The notes under the pieces were generated by a model. It had not been told where the DNA came from. It saw nothing but the letters and a program-made list of their open reading frames with translations, and did no database searches. Below are positions 1-9,746 of a DNA stretch of 59,695 bases, piece by piece. Source of the stretch: a bacterium (lineage in GTDB: Bacteria > UBA6262 > WVXT01). The DNA is taken from contig DATKVN010000095.1 in NCBI GenBank assembly GCA_035530055.1, positions 1-59,695 on the forward strand, in the 5' to 3' direction. Each line of letters begins with the position of its first letter. Positions within the stretch are counted from its first letter, which is position 1. A program made the position numbers and the translations under genes.

Positions 1-1
1 G

Positions 2-3000
2 GTAAGAGGCTCCGTAGAATCAACAGATGGCGACTTGAAGTTAATCTCCACTCTATTTTCTGACAAGGCTGGCAAGTTGAGAGAAATAGGAGGTACTCTT
101 CGGGGTAAAATCGATTTTTCCAACCTCTCCTTGAGTGACTCCTGGTGGGAGAATGTTAAAGCTAAAGGAGCAGTTTCCATCGTTCAGCCCAGGGTCGGCC
201 AGGTCTCTTTTGACGAATTAGCTTTCGCATTTAACATAACCGAGCAGGTACTGAGTGTAGATAAATTTCGCTTTTCCCGGGGGACGGGGGAGGTAACAGG
301 TTCTGCCCAGGGGGGAACGAGAAAGGGTAAGCAGAATACAATAAATATAGATACTGAATGGCAAGATTATCCAGTAAGTTTTTCTTCTGGGAAACAGGTT
401 AAAAAAGATGAAGATTCTAAAAGGAATATGGCTATACCCGGGAGAAGATTAAAGGAGAATAGAGTCAACGGCAGCCTCAATTTTAGAGGGAAATTGGCCT
501 GGAAAAAGGACTGGGGAATTCGTGGTTATTTTTCAGGTAAGGATTTTAAATATAATGAAGAACCGTTAGAACCAATCGGTGCGAACCTATCCCTGAATAG
601 AAAACTTGCCCATCTTTCTTCTTTCCATTGTGGGAATGATTTGAAAGGTGAGTTCACGATTGAGGCAGGTAAACAGAAAACCATAAGCGGTGGCATAGAA
701 GTGGATACCGTGAAAGTTCCCCGTTTTCTCCGTTTGATATTTGGAACTGAGGGAGAGAAAACTTTGGTTGATGAGATTAGAGGAAGTTTACATAGTAAGA
801 TAGTTTTTAAAGGCCTTTTGGAAAATCCTCAAATTAATGGCTATGTAGACATTGAACAGGGAGTTTTTTCCACTACAAATTTCCTGTTTAAGTCAACATT
901 TAATTATAATAGAAGAGGAATCAATTTAGAATCGGCAGAACTGAAATTTGCTCCCGGGGGCAGAGTTTTGGCTAAGGGTAAGATAGATTTCAACAAACTT
1001 GAGCCTCTGGAAATTAATGTTGCCCTGGAGCACCTCCAGTTGAGTAGAGTGCAAAGTTTATTTTATGAAAGAAATTTGAACACTTTTGGGGAGGTTAATG
1101 GAAATCTCAATTTCCGTGGCACTTTCGCTCGTCCTCACTTAAAAGTGGAATTAGAATCGGAAAATAGTGGAGTAAATAGTTTCCATGTGGATACCATTAA
1201 AACAGACTTTAGGGTGGAGAAGGTCCTTGGAGATAAGGATGAAAGGATAGAATTAGTGTTCGATTCTTTTTCGGCAGGTTTTGGAGGGAGTCTCCTACGA
1301 TTTGCTCCGGAAGGCAAAGTTCGATTTTCGCCTTCCAGGAAGTTGGTCGACTTTTCGCTCCTTAGTGAATTTCGCAACATAAATTTCGCAAAAATGTCTA
1401 TTTTTGGTAGTGCTGAATTAAGGGGAACTGCCAATTTCTCCACGAACTCTCCTGTCCTGGAAGTGATGCTCACCACCAGGGACCTGTGGGTGAATCGCCA
1501 CAATTTTGAAACCGCAAAGTTAAGGCTTTCTTATCGAAACAGAAAGCTATTTTTCCTGCCGCTGGCCAAAGAAACTTTTCAGGTGTTGGGAGAGATAGAC
1601 TTCGAACGTGTGGATAGTTTCAATGTAAAACTACTCGAATTTTTTCAAGGCAAAGATAGACTGGTAACTATTAACGGGAATGCTGACCTTTCTGGACCAA
1701 TCGATCTAACTGTCCAGGGAAGAAAGGGAAAGATTGCTGCCAGTCTCATAGGAGAACTCCTAAATGTGAAAATTCCGTTCACAGGAAGTAGTGGGTTTGA
1801 CCTCAAACTCAGCCGGACTTCAATAGAGGGAAAAAAGGGAAAATTCTATGACTCTTTACGGATGGAGGGGGAAATAGATGTCGCTAATGGCTCGATAGGA
1901 AATCTTCTATTTGACGATTTCCGCGCTCTCATCAAGGCAGATGGTGATAGTATAAGTCTAAGGGAATTGACAATAAATAAGAAAGAAGAATATGCGATTA
2001 AATGTTGGGGAACTATTCCTTATCCCAAAGAGGAAAAAGATGGTAGAGAAATAGAGTTTTCTTTACAAATGTTTGATAGCAGGGCGGGCATGTTACGTGT
2101 TCTGACCAGGGAAATAAGTGATACCAAAGGGCAAATGGAAGCATTCCTTCATATTACCGGGACACGAGAAGAGCCTCTTATAAATGGATATTTTCGTGTC
2201 AAAGAGGCTACTCTCTACGGCAGGGAGATATTTAAGAGGATAGATGATCTGACCTGCGATATCTCAGTTAAGGATAGTAATATAGTTATCAACCGGATTA
2301 ATGGCCAGATAAAAAAGGGAGAAATGGACCTCAAAGGAGAGATAGCTTTGGCTGGCTGGAAGGTGGATAATCTCGATGTGGTTTTTGAGAACAAGAGAGA
2401 CTATGGGATTCCCCTTAAAATACCTTTTCTGAAAATACCTCAGAGTTCATTTTTTGGTCGTCTCCTATCTGAGACTCCTTGTTCCCTGGAGTTGAAGGGG
2501 AAAATCCATGCATATGGAACTCGCCAGTCGTATAATTTAGTAGGAGCAATTGAAGTGGAAAATGCCCAGTTTACTTATCCTCCCAGAGCCGAGGATGCCA
2601 AGGATCTAAATTTAGATTTTCTCAAGCCCGCGGTTTGGAATCTGGAGGTTAATGCGGGCAAAAATACCTGGTATAAAAATAGATTTGCTGAAGCCCAGGT
2701 ACAAGGACAGATGAAGCTCACTGGCCCAACTGAGGAGTTAACCGTTAACGGAACTCTTACATCCGTCAAAGGAGAGATAAGTTATCTGGGAGCTATCTTC
2801 AACGTGAAAGAGGCCACTGTGGAATGTATAGATGATGAGCTCTTTTTACAGGTTAGGGCGGAGTGCCCTGTGGAAGATGATACCATTATGTTAGTGGTAG
2901 AGAGGGGAAAATGGGGAAGGATTAAGCCAAAATTTACCTCCAGAAGTGATCCGGAAATGAGCGAGCAGGAAGCACTGGTTAAGGCTACTGGTTTGGATTC

Positions 3001-3421
3001 TTTAAGGCTCTCTCCACAGGAAGGGGATGCCTTGTTGAGGAGGGAACTGTTGAAGTTAATCGATAGCAGCCTGGCCAGCCCCTTGATCAAGTCAATTCTG
3101 AAATCGACGGGCATGGTAGATGTGGTTAAGGTTGAAACTACCCTTGCCCAGAAGACAGGGGAAAGATTAAATTCTCCAGAAGCCGCAAAAGGAAAGGAGG
3201 GAAAAAGCCTTTTAGAAGGTACGAAAATAACTTTGGGTAAGTATCTAAACACTAATTTATATCTGGGTTACAAGTTGCAATTCGAGGAAGGATACCTGAA
3301 TAGGCTCGAATTACGGCATGAACTGGAGCTGTTATATAGACTTAAAAGAGGAACTTCTTTGAAAGGCAGACTGGGAGAAGAGGAGAGATATTTGGGAGTA
3401 GAAAGACAAATAAGATTTTAA
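2..3421 (+). CDS. tamB: TamB-like translocation and assembly module protein (AsmA-like, DUF490-type C-terminus), 5'-partial
   Basis: ORF 35..3421 has no in-frame stop back to nt 2, so the gene runs off the window. Long beta-rich repetitive sequence. C-terminal GKYLNTNLYLGYKLQFEEG...ELELLYRLKRG resembles TamB ends. Lies directly upstream of bamA. Confidence 0.7.
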   Translation, partial: VRGSVESTDGDLKLISTLFSDKAGKLREIGGTLRGKIDFSNLSLSDSWWENVKAKGAVSIVQPRVGQVSFDELAFAFNITEQVLSVDKFRFSRGTGEVTGSAQGGTRKGKQNTINIDTEWQDYPVSFSSGKQVKKDEDSKRNMAIPGRRLKENRVNGSLNFRGKLAWKKDWGIRGYFSGKDFKYNEEPLEPIGANLSLNRKLAHLSSFHCGNDLKGEFTIEAGKQKTISGGIEVDTVKVPRFLRLIFGTEGEKTLVDEIRGSLHSKIVFKGLLENPQINGYVDIEQGVFSTTNFLFKSTFNYNRRGINLESAELKFAPGGRVLAKGKIDFNKLEPLEINVALEHLQLSRVQSLFYERNLNTFGEVNGNLNFRGTFARPHLKVELESENSGVNSFHVDTIKTDFRVEKVLGDKDERIELVFDSFSAGFGGSLLRFAPEGKVRFSPSRKLVDFSLLSEFRNINFAKMSIFGSAELRGTANFSTNSPVLEVMLTTRDLWVNRHNFETAKLRLSYRNRKLFFLPLAKETFQVLGEIDFERVDSFNVKLLEFFQGKDRLVTINGNADLSGPIDLTVQGRKGKIAASLIGELLNVKIPFTGSSGFDLKLSRTSIEGKKGKFYDSLRMEGEIDVANGSIGNLLFDDFRALIKADGDSISLRELTINKKEEYAIKCWGTIPYPKEEKDGREIEFSLQMFDSRAGMLRVLTREISDTKGQMEAFLHITGTREEPLINGYFRVKEATLYGREIFKRIDDLTCDISVKDSNIVINRINGQIKKGEMDLKGEIALAGWKVDNLDVVFENKRDYGIPLKIPFLKIPQSSFFGRLLSETPCSLELKGKIHAYGTRQSYNLVGAIEVENAQFTYPPRAEDAKDLNLDFLKPAVWNLEVNAGKNTWYKNRFAEAQVQGQMKLTGPTEELTVNGTLTSVKGEISYLGAIFNVKEATVECIDDELFLQVRAECPVEDDTIMLVVERGKWGRIKPKFTSRSDPEMSEQEALVKATGLDSLRLSPQEGDALLRRELLKLIDSSLASPLIKSILKSTGMVDVVKVETTLAQKTGERLNSPEAAKGKEGKSLLEGTKITLGKYLNTNLYLGYKLQFEEGYLNRLELRHELELLYRLKRGTSLKGRLGEEERYLGVERQIRF

Positions 3422-3424
3422 ATA

Positions 3425-3453
3425 TTTACATTTTCCGGAAAATTTGATATTAT
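3425..3453 (+). promoter_or_regulatory. sigma70-like promoter candidate for bamA
   Basis: TTTACA (3425-3430), 17-nt spacer, TATTAT (3448-3453), in the 60-nt gap after tamB. Confidence 0.45.
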
Positions 3454-3490
3454 AGTAAAATATTCTAAATAGTAGATAATTTTGAATACA

Positions 3491-5716
3491 ATGATGAGAA
3501 AGTTTACAGTCCTATTTTTTTTCTTTATGTTCCTTCTTTCCGGTTATCTCTTTTCCAGTCCTGTAGAGATAAGAGAAATCGAAATAACCGGGAATAAGAA
3601 TATAGAAACCAAGAAGATATTAAAAGCTCTGGGGATAAAAAAAGGCGATGAATATTCAGAAGAAAAAGTAAGCGAGGGCTTACAAAACATATATGAACTG
3701 GGGTTCTTTGAGGATATTACCATTGAAGTCTTTGAGGTTGAGGAAGGAGTAAATGTTACCTACGTTGTAACTGAGAAGCCCCTGATTAAGCGGATAGAAT
3801 TTAAAGGGAATAAAGAATTCTCTGATAGCAAATTAAAGAAAGAAATAGAATCAGAAGAGAAAGAACCTTTTGCTAACAGGAAAATGCAAGAGGATACCGA
3901 AAAGATTGCTACCCTTTATAAGGAAAAGGGTTATGCCGATATAAAAGTGGAGCCTTATACAACGGAAGACGAGAAGAATGGAATGGTGACAATGACTTTC
4001 TTTATTACCGAAGGCAAACAGATTAAGATAGGGAAAGTCAATTTAATTGGGGTAGAGGCATTTAATACGAAAAAAATAAAGAAAAAAATGGAGACCAAAA
4101 AGGAAAAGTTTTTTAAACAGGGACTACTGGATGAGGACCTGAGAACGATAGAAGCCTATTACAAAGATAGAGGATTCCTGAAAGTTCATCTGGGAACACC
4201 TATGGTCGTTCGCGATGAGGAGGAAGCGAAGATTTTTGTCACGCTTTTTGTTTATGAAGGCTTTAAATATACAGTGGGAGATATACAATTCCGAGACAAT
4301 TATGTGGTTACTACGGAGGATCTGGAAAAAGACCTGGAAGTGAAACACGGAGAGATTTTCAGCCAGGCAAAGTTGGAAGAGGGCCTGTTTAATATTCAGG
4401 AGCGCTATGCAGAAAAAGGCTATATCCTGATGCGTTCCAATCCAGAATACTCTACCGATGATGAGAAAAAAGTAGTAAACCTCTTAATCACTATAAATGA
4501 GCAGGGGATAGTCTATCTTGACCGAATTTACTTGGGAGGGAATGTCATTACTAAAGATTATGTAATTAAGCGGGAATTCCTGGTAAAGGAAGGAGACCCG
4601 TTCAATGTTAAAAAGATAAGGCGAACACAGGAGAAACTATATAACCTCGGTTTTTTTTCAGATATTGCAATTGAGATTGGTGAAACTGGTGACCCCTATA
4701 GAGCAAACCTCATCTGTGAGGTAACCGAGCAAAGGACGGGATTACTCAGTATGGGAGCAGGGTACAGCTCGCAAGATGGACTTTTAGGCACCCTTCAGCT
4801 TACTCAGAGCAACTTTTTGGGCAGAGGACAGAGAATAGATTTAATGCTGGAGTTTGGTAAGAAAAAGACCAATTATCAGCTCAGTTTTACTGAGCCATGG
4901 TTTTTAGGAAGACATGTCCTTTTTGGTATTAGTGCCTACGATACAGATAGAGACAGAGACTACTATAGAGAAGAGAGGGCTGGCGGAAATATCAGAATAG
5001 GTCCCCATCTAACAGATATTCTTAGTCTCCGCTTCACTTACACTTATGAACGGGTAAAGGTATACGATGCACTTGCTGATTGGGCAGAAGAAGGAAAAAA
5101 GGATAGCAGTAGTTTTACTACTTATTTAATAAGAGACAGCAGGGATAATATATTCGATGCTTCCAGAGGTTCTCTGAATTCTATCTCTCTTCAGGTCTCT
5201 GGAGGTATCCTGGGAGGGGATACTGATTTCGTTAAAACTTTTACCTCCAATAGTTGGTTTTTCCCTACATTCTGGCGCTTTGTTCTGGCGATTCAATTGA
5301 GGTATGGGATTGCTAGTAGTTTTCCTCACTCTACAGGAGTGCCAATTTATGAGCGGTTCTATGTGGGTGGGGCCGATAGCGTAAGAGGTTATGACTACAG
5401 AGGTGAGATCGGGCCTGACGAGGGAGGAGTGACGATGTTTGTAAGCAACGTAGAATATAAGTTTCCCATAGTTAAGGAAAAACTTCGCACTATTTTGCAG
5501 GGAGCAATCTTTATTGATATGGGAGGGAGCTGGAGGAAAGGAGATGTAAACTTTACCATAGGCTCAAGGGAGAATCAATTAAAGATGGGGATAGGAGCAG
5601 GAATCCGGTTCCAGACTCCTTTTTTCCCTGTCCGTCTCGATTGGGGATATGGATTAAATCATAAACCGGGAGAAGACAAATCCCAGTGGTATTTCACAAT
5701 GGGCCAATCCTTCTAA
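3491..5716 (+). CDS. bamA: Outer membrane protein assembly factor BamA (POTRA repeats plus Omp85 barrel)
   Basis: Signal peptide MMRKFTVLFFFFMFLLSGYLFS. Repeated POTRA-like units (IEITGNK..., IEFKGNKEFS...). C-terminal Omp85 motifs (RFYVGGADSVRGY, VRLDWGYGL). ATG 3491 preferred over the TTG at 3482. Confidence 0.9.
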   Translation: MMRKFTVLFFFFMFLLSGYLFSSPVEIREIEITGNKNIETKKILKALGIKKGDEYSEEKVSEGLQNIYELGFFEDITIEVFEVEEGVNVTYVVTEKPLIKRIEFKGNKEFSDSKLKKEIESEEKEPFANRKMQEDTEKIATLYKEKGYADIKVEPYTTEDEKNGMVTMTFFITEGKQIKIGKVNLIGVEAFNTKKIKKKMETKKEKFFKQGLLDEDLRTIEAYYKDRGFLKVHLGTPMVVRDEEEAKIFVTLFVYEGFKYTVGDIQFRDNYVVTTEDLEKDLEVKHGEIFSQAKLEEGLFNIQERYAEKGYILMRSNPEYSTDDEKKVVNLLITINEQGIVYLDRIYLGGNVITKDYVIKREFLVKEGDPFNVKKIRRTQEKLYNLGFFSDIAIEIGETGDPYRANLICEVTEQRTGLLSMGAGYSSQDGLLGTLQLTQSNFLGRGQRIDLMLEFGKKKTNYQLSFTEPWFLGRHVLFGISAYDTDRDRDYYREERAGGNIRIGPHLTDILSLRFTYTYERVKVYDALADWAEEGKKDSSSFTTYLIRDSRDNIFDASRGSLNSISLQVSGGILGGDTDFVKTFTSNSWFFPTFWRFVLAIQLRYGIASSFPHSTGVPIYERFYVGGADSVRGYDYRGEIGPDEGGVTMFVSNVEYKFPIVKEKLRTILQGAIFIDMGGSWRKGDVNFTIGSRENQLKMGIGAGIRFQTPFFPVRLDWGYGLNHKPGEDKSQWYFTMGQSF

Positions 5717-5740
5717 GGTGATGGAAGAAATGGAGAGTTC

Positions 5741-6325
5741 ATGATGAAAAGAATTTCGCTTTTTTTCTTTGTTTTTTCTCTTTTCTACTTTTTCCCTTTT
5801 ACACTTCCTGATGTAAGAGCAGTAATGCTTTCTTCGGAAAGAATTGCTTATGTAGACATAGATAGAGTCTTTGATGAATATAAAGGCATTAAACAAGCGA
5901 AAGAAAAGATAGAAAGAGAGATTGAAACGAAGAGAGGCGAGATAGCTAAACTGGAGAAGGAGATAAGAGATTTAGAATTTGCCATGAGGGAAAAGGAAAG
6001 AGTAGAACCAGTAGCTATCACGGGATTGGCCGAAAAAGAGGTGGAAATTTCTACTGGACCAGTTATCCCCAAACCACTTCCTGAAGAAATAATTAGACTG
6101 AATAAGGAAAAGCTTAATAAGATGGTAAAGAAAATGAAAGAGGAATTAGACAGGCTTGAGAAAGAGATGCCCCATCAGATTTTAGGAAAGATTTACGATG
6201 TGATTAGAGAGATTGCTCAGGCTGAAGGTTATGCTATCATTTTGGATAAGAAAAATATTCTGTATAGCGAAATAGAAAATGACCTCACTGAAAAAGTTAT
6301 ACAGATGTTGAATTTAGGTGAGTAA
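5741..6325 (+). CDS. skp: OmpH/Skp-family periplasmic chaperone
   Basis: Signal peptide, then a coiled-coil-rich 194-aa protein with IAYVDIDRVFDEYKG and a C-terminal AIILDKKNILY motif. Canonical position between bamA and lpxD. Confidence 0.8.
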   Translation: MMKRISLFFFVFSLFYFFPFTLPDVRAVMLSSERIAYVDIDRVFDEYKGIKQAKEKIEREIETKRGEIAKLEKEIRDLEFAMREKERVEPVAITGLAEKEVEISTGPVIPKPLPEEIIRLNKEKLNKMVKKMKEELDRLEKEMPHQILGKIYDVIREIAQAEGYAIILDKKNILYSEIENDLTEKVIQMLNLGE

Positions 6326-6328
6326 AAA

Positions 6329-6424
6329 GGAGTAGCGAAGCAAAGCTTCGCCTGCTGGACTCCTCCCGAAAGGGAGGTTTGGGCGACCACAAGGGTCGCC
6401 CCTACGCGATTCGCAAGGACTCCA
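6329..6424. repeat. Composite hairpin repeat: GGAGTAG half-element, GGACTCC-TCCC-GAAA-GGGA arm, GTAG-palindrome (GGGCGACC/GGTCGCCC+CTACGCG), GCAAGGACTCC arm
   Basis: Starts 4 nt after the skp stop. Its modules recur at 38831, 38892, 40008, 52379 and 16450. Stem CGAAGC/GCTTCG is a compensated version of CGAAAC/GTTTCG seen elsewhere. Confidence 0.85.
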
Positions 6425-6500
6425 GAATCTTTGGAATTCTCCCGAAAGCAAAGATTACGCTTTGGCGTGCCTTTTTGGATGTGGAGTAAGTTTGATGGGA

Positions 6501-7523
6501 ATGACTTTAAAGAAAATTGCTGAGCTTGTTGGTGGTGAACTCTCCGGGGATAGTAACATAGCAATCGAAGGAGTGGGTAGTCTGATAGAAGCAGAAAAAG
6601 GCGAGATTACATTCTTGGCAAGTTCCCGGTACAGGAGTCAGGTATTAAAGACTAAGGCTTCAGCTATTATTATCGGTGAGGGAGTTGAGCTACCAGAGAT
6701 TCCTTCAATACGGACAAAGAATCCCTATTTAGCTTTTGCCCAGGTAATGAAAGTGTTGGTTCCTCCCAAAAAACTACCCAGGGGAATAGACAAAACCAGC
6801 ATTCTTGGTAAGGGAGTGAAATTAGGTAAGGATGTTGCCATTGGAGCTTACGTGGTTATTGGAAAGGGCGTGGTGATTGGAGATAAGACTGTAATTTTTC
6901 CGGGGACCTACATTGGGGATAAAGCTGTGATTGGGAAGGATGGGCTAATCTATCCAAATGTTACTGTGAGAGAAGAAGTTATTATAGGCGATAATGTAAT
7001 TATTCACCCCGGTGCAGTTATTGGTGCGGATGGATTTGGTTATGCCACTGAAAAGGGAAAACATCATAAGATTCCCCAGGCGGGAACTGTGGAAATTGAA
7101 AATGGCGTGGAAATTGGAGCAAACGTTACTATCGACCGGGCAACTATGGGTAAAACCCTCATAGGTGAAGGGACGAAAATTGATAATCTTGTTCAGATTG
7201 GACATAATGTTAGAATAGGTAAAAACTGCCTTATAGTTTCCCAGGTAGGTATTTCGGGAAGTACGGTGATTGGTGATAATGTTGTCCTGGCTGGCCAGGC
7301 AGGGCTTGTTGGCCATATTACCGTTGGCGATAATGCAATTGTTGGTGCGCAGGCAGGAGTTACTAAAAGTGTTCCCGCCAATACTACTGTTTCCGGTTAT
7401 CCTGCCCGGGAACACAAGATAGCCCAAAAGATAGATGCTCAATTAATTAGATTGCCGAAATTGTATGAACAGATAAAAGAGTTAAAACAAAATATAGAGA
7501 AAACAAGAGAAAAAATAAAGTGA
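6501..7523 (+). CDS. lpxD: UDP-3-O-acylglucosamine N-acyltransferase LpxD
   Basis: [14 protein letters not shown]... N-terminus followed by a long hexapeptide (left-handed beta-helix) repeat region. ATG 6501 follows GGAGTAAG. The upstream 13 codons of the tracked ORF read into the repeat. Confidence 0.9.
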   Translation: MTLKKIAELVGGELSGDSNIAIEGVGSLIEAEKGEITFLASSRYRSQVLKTKASAIIIGEGVELPEIPSIRTKNPYLAFAQVMKVLVPPKKLPRGIDKTSILGKGVKLGKDVAIGAYVVIGKGVVIGDKTVIFPGTYIGDKAVIGKDGLIYPNVTVREEVIIGDNVIIHPGAVIGADGFGYATEKGKHHKIPQAGTVEIENGVEIGANVTIDRATMGKTLIGEGTKIDNLVQIGHNVRIGKNCLIVSQVGISGSTVIGDNVVLAGQAGLVGHITVGDNAIVGAQAGVTKSVPANTTVSGYPAREHKIAQKIDAQLIRLPKLYEQIKELKQNIEKTREKIK

Positions 7524-7603
7524 AAACATCAGGTCGGTCGTCCTTTAGGGTGACGGAATCGGCACTCTCAAGAGTGGGTGACCAAAAAGTTATGGAGGAA
7601 ATT

Positions 7604-8917
7604 ATGGATTTACAGAAGACTATAAAAAGAGAGAGCACTTATTCGGGAATAGGTCTACACACTGGGAACATAACTTCAGTGACCTTTAAGCCAGCACTAC
7701 CCAATTCTGGTATAAAATTTGTAAGGTCAGATTTACCAGGTAAGCCGGAAGTTGAAGCTAACATAAAGAATGTTATCAGTGTAGCACGAGGAACCACTCT
7801 GGGTAATGGCAGTTTCCAGATCCAGACGGTAGAGCATATTATGGCTACTCTATGCGGTTTGGGTATAGATAATCTCATCGTGGAAGTGAATGCTGGTGAA
7901 CCTCCTGTGGCTGATGGTAGCGGGATGCCTTTTGTGGAGACTCTGGAGAAGGCTGGTTTCCAAGAACAGAATGTAGAAAAGAACTACTTTACGATAACTG
8001 AACCTGTCAAGTTTTCCAATGAAGATGTCCATCTGGTCGTTCTGCCATCGGATGAATTTAAAGTATCTGCTACCATCGATTACAAACATAAAATTTTAAA
8101 GAGTCAGTACGGCACGTTTACCATAACCAAAGAGATTTTCGAAAAGGAGATTGCTCCCGCCAGGACATACTGTTTTGAGCATGAAATCGAATCGTTGAAA
8201 CGCCGAGGGTTGGCTCGCGGGGGTAATTTAGATAATGCGGTAGTAATTGGACAGGATGGCATTCATAATAAGGAGCTCAGATTTCCCGATGAATTTGTCC
8301 GCCACAAGATACTCGATTTAATAGGGGACATCTATTTAATAGGAAAACCTTTAAAAGCACACATTATTGCTATCCGCTGTGGACATGCTGCTAACATTGC
8401 TTTGACTAAAAGGTTAGGCGAACTCATAAAGAGATCTGCTGCTCGTCGAACGACTAAGACTTTTAAACAGGAAGGTTTTGAAGGAAAAGTCTTAGGTTTG
8501 GAAGAGATTCAGAATATAATTCCCCATCGTCCTCCTTTTCTATTTGTAGACAAAATAATTATGTCAGAGAATATGGTCAAAGCCGTGGGGTTCAAGAACA
8601 TAACTATTAATGAGGAATACTTCAAGGGACATTTCCCTGACTATCCGATTTTGCCTGGCGTTCTAATTATAGAATCGATGGCACAGACTTCCTGTGTTCT
8701 CTTCTTGGCCCGTTCGGATCTCAGAAAGAAACTGCCCTATTTTATGGCGATTAAAGAGGTTAAATTTCGTAAGCCTGTCTTCCCTGGCGATCAGCTGCAG
8801 CTGGAAGTTGAAGTTACTCGTGCCCGGGTGAGAGGAGGAAAGATTAAAGGTAAGGCGTATGTTAGGAATGAATTGGTGGCTGAGGCCGAATTTATGTTCT
8901 CCTTGGTAGATAGGTAA
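7604..8917 (+). CDS. lpxC/fabZ: Bifunctional UDP-3-O-acyl-GlcNAc deacetylase / 3-hydroxyacyl-ACP dehydratase (LpxC-FabZ fusion)
   Basis: LpxC motifs (GIGLHTG, HKILDLIGD, GHAANIAL), then a FabZ hot-dog domain (PHRPPFLFVDKI, FKGHFPDYPILPGVLIIESMAQ). ATG 7604 has GGAGGA 5 nt upstream. The tracked GTG 7520 start is probably too far upstream. Confidence 0.9.
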   Translation: MDLQKTIKRESTYSGIGLHTGNITSVTFKPALPNSGIKFVRSDLPGKPEVEANIKNVISVARGTTLGNGSFQIQTVEHIMATLCGLGIDNLIVEVNAGEPPVADGSGMPFVETLEKAGFQEQNVEKNYFTITEPVKFSNEDVHLVVLPSDEFKVSATIDYKHKILKSQYGTFTITKEIFEKEIAPARTYCFEHEIESLKRRGLARGGNLDNAVVIGQDGIHNKELRFPDEFVRHKILDLIGDIYLIGKPLKAHIIAIRCGHAANIALTKRLGELIKRSAARRTTKTFKQEGFEGKVLGLEEIQNIIPHRPPFLFVDKIIMSENMVKAVGFKNITINEEYFKGHFPDYPILPGVLIIESMAQTSCVLFLARSDLRKKLPYFMAIKEVKFRKPVFPGDQLQLEVEVTRARVRGGKIKGKAYVRNELVAEAEFMFSLVDR

Positions 8918-8972
8918 ATCGACAACGACAAGTAAGCAATGAGCATATACTACTAAACTTTTAGGAGAAAAA

Positions 8973-9746
8973 ATGAACATTCACAAAACAGCTTTAGTTC
9001 ATCCGGATGCAGTAATTGAAGAAGATGTGGACATTGGTCCATATACAATTATTGGACCGGATGTAAAGATTGGAAAAGGGACTGAGATTGGAGCTCGTGT
9101 AATAATCGAAGGAGATACTCAAATTGGCCAAAATTGTCAGATATGGACAGGAGCCATAATTGGAAATTTACCGCAGGATTTAAAGTTTAAAAGAGAAAAA
9201 ACGAGAGTCATAATTGGTGAGAATAATGTTATCCGGGAGTATGTAACCATCAACCGGGGAACGACTTCTACAGGAGAGACAACCATTGGAGATAACAATC
9301 TCATAATGGCATATGCTCATATCGCTCATGATTGTGTAATTGGCTCTAACGTGATTTTAGCTAACGTAGCTACTCTGGCGGGCCACGTAGTGATTGAGGA
9401 TAAGGCTATTGTGGGAGGGCTAACTCCAGTCCATCAGTTTGTGCGCATTGGCACATTGGGTATTGTGGGTGGAGGTTCTCGGGCAGCAAAAGATGTACCT
9501 CCCTATTGTATGGCAGCAGGGACACCCATTAGAATTTTTGGATTGAATACAGTGGGGTTACAAAGAAACAATTTCCCCAAGCATGTTAAAGCCCAGCTAA
9601 AGAGAGCCTACAAGGTTCTCTTCCGTTCCAAATTAAACACTACGCAAGCTTTGAACGTTTTGGAAAAAGAGTCAAACATCTCCGATGAATTGCTTCATAT
9701 GGTCGCCTTTATTAAAGAATCTGAGAGGGGAATCTGCAAAGAATGA
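8973..9746 (+). CDS. lpxA: Acyl-ACP--UDP-GlcNAc O-acyltransferase LpxA
   Basis: MNIHKTALVHPDAVIEEDVDIGPYTIIGP hexapeptide repeats. 257-aa size and C-terminal helical domain are typical of LpxA. Confidence 0.9.
   Translation: MNIHKTALVHPDAVIEEDVDIGPYTIIGPDVKIGKGTEIGARVIIEGDTQIGQNCQIWTGAIIGNLPQDLKFKREKTRVIIGENNVIREYVTINRGTTSTGETTIGDNNLIMAYAHIAHDCVIGSNVILANVATLAGHVVIEDKAIVGGLTPVHQFVRIGTLGIVGGGSRAAKDVPPYCMAAGTPIRIFGLNTVGLQRNNFPKHVKAQLKRAYKVLFRSKLNTTQALNVLEKESNISDELLHMVAFIKESERGICKE

Noticed and set aside
6229-6564. 111-aa minus-strand ORF (and the N-terminal 13 codons of the tracked lpxD ORF) spanning the skp-lpxD gap
   Set aside because: It is a translation of the hairpin repeat block. Peptides such as ...VGATLVVAQ... 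derive from GGGCGACC/GGTCGCCC palindromes. It has no RBS and overlaps the 3' end of skp and the 5' end of lpxD.
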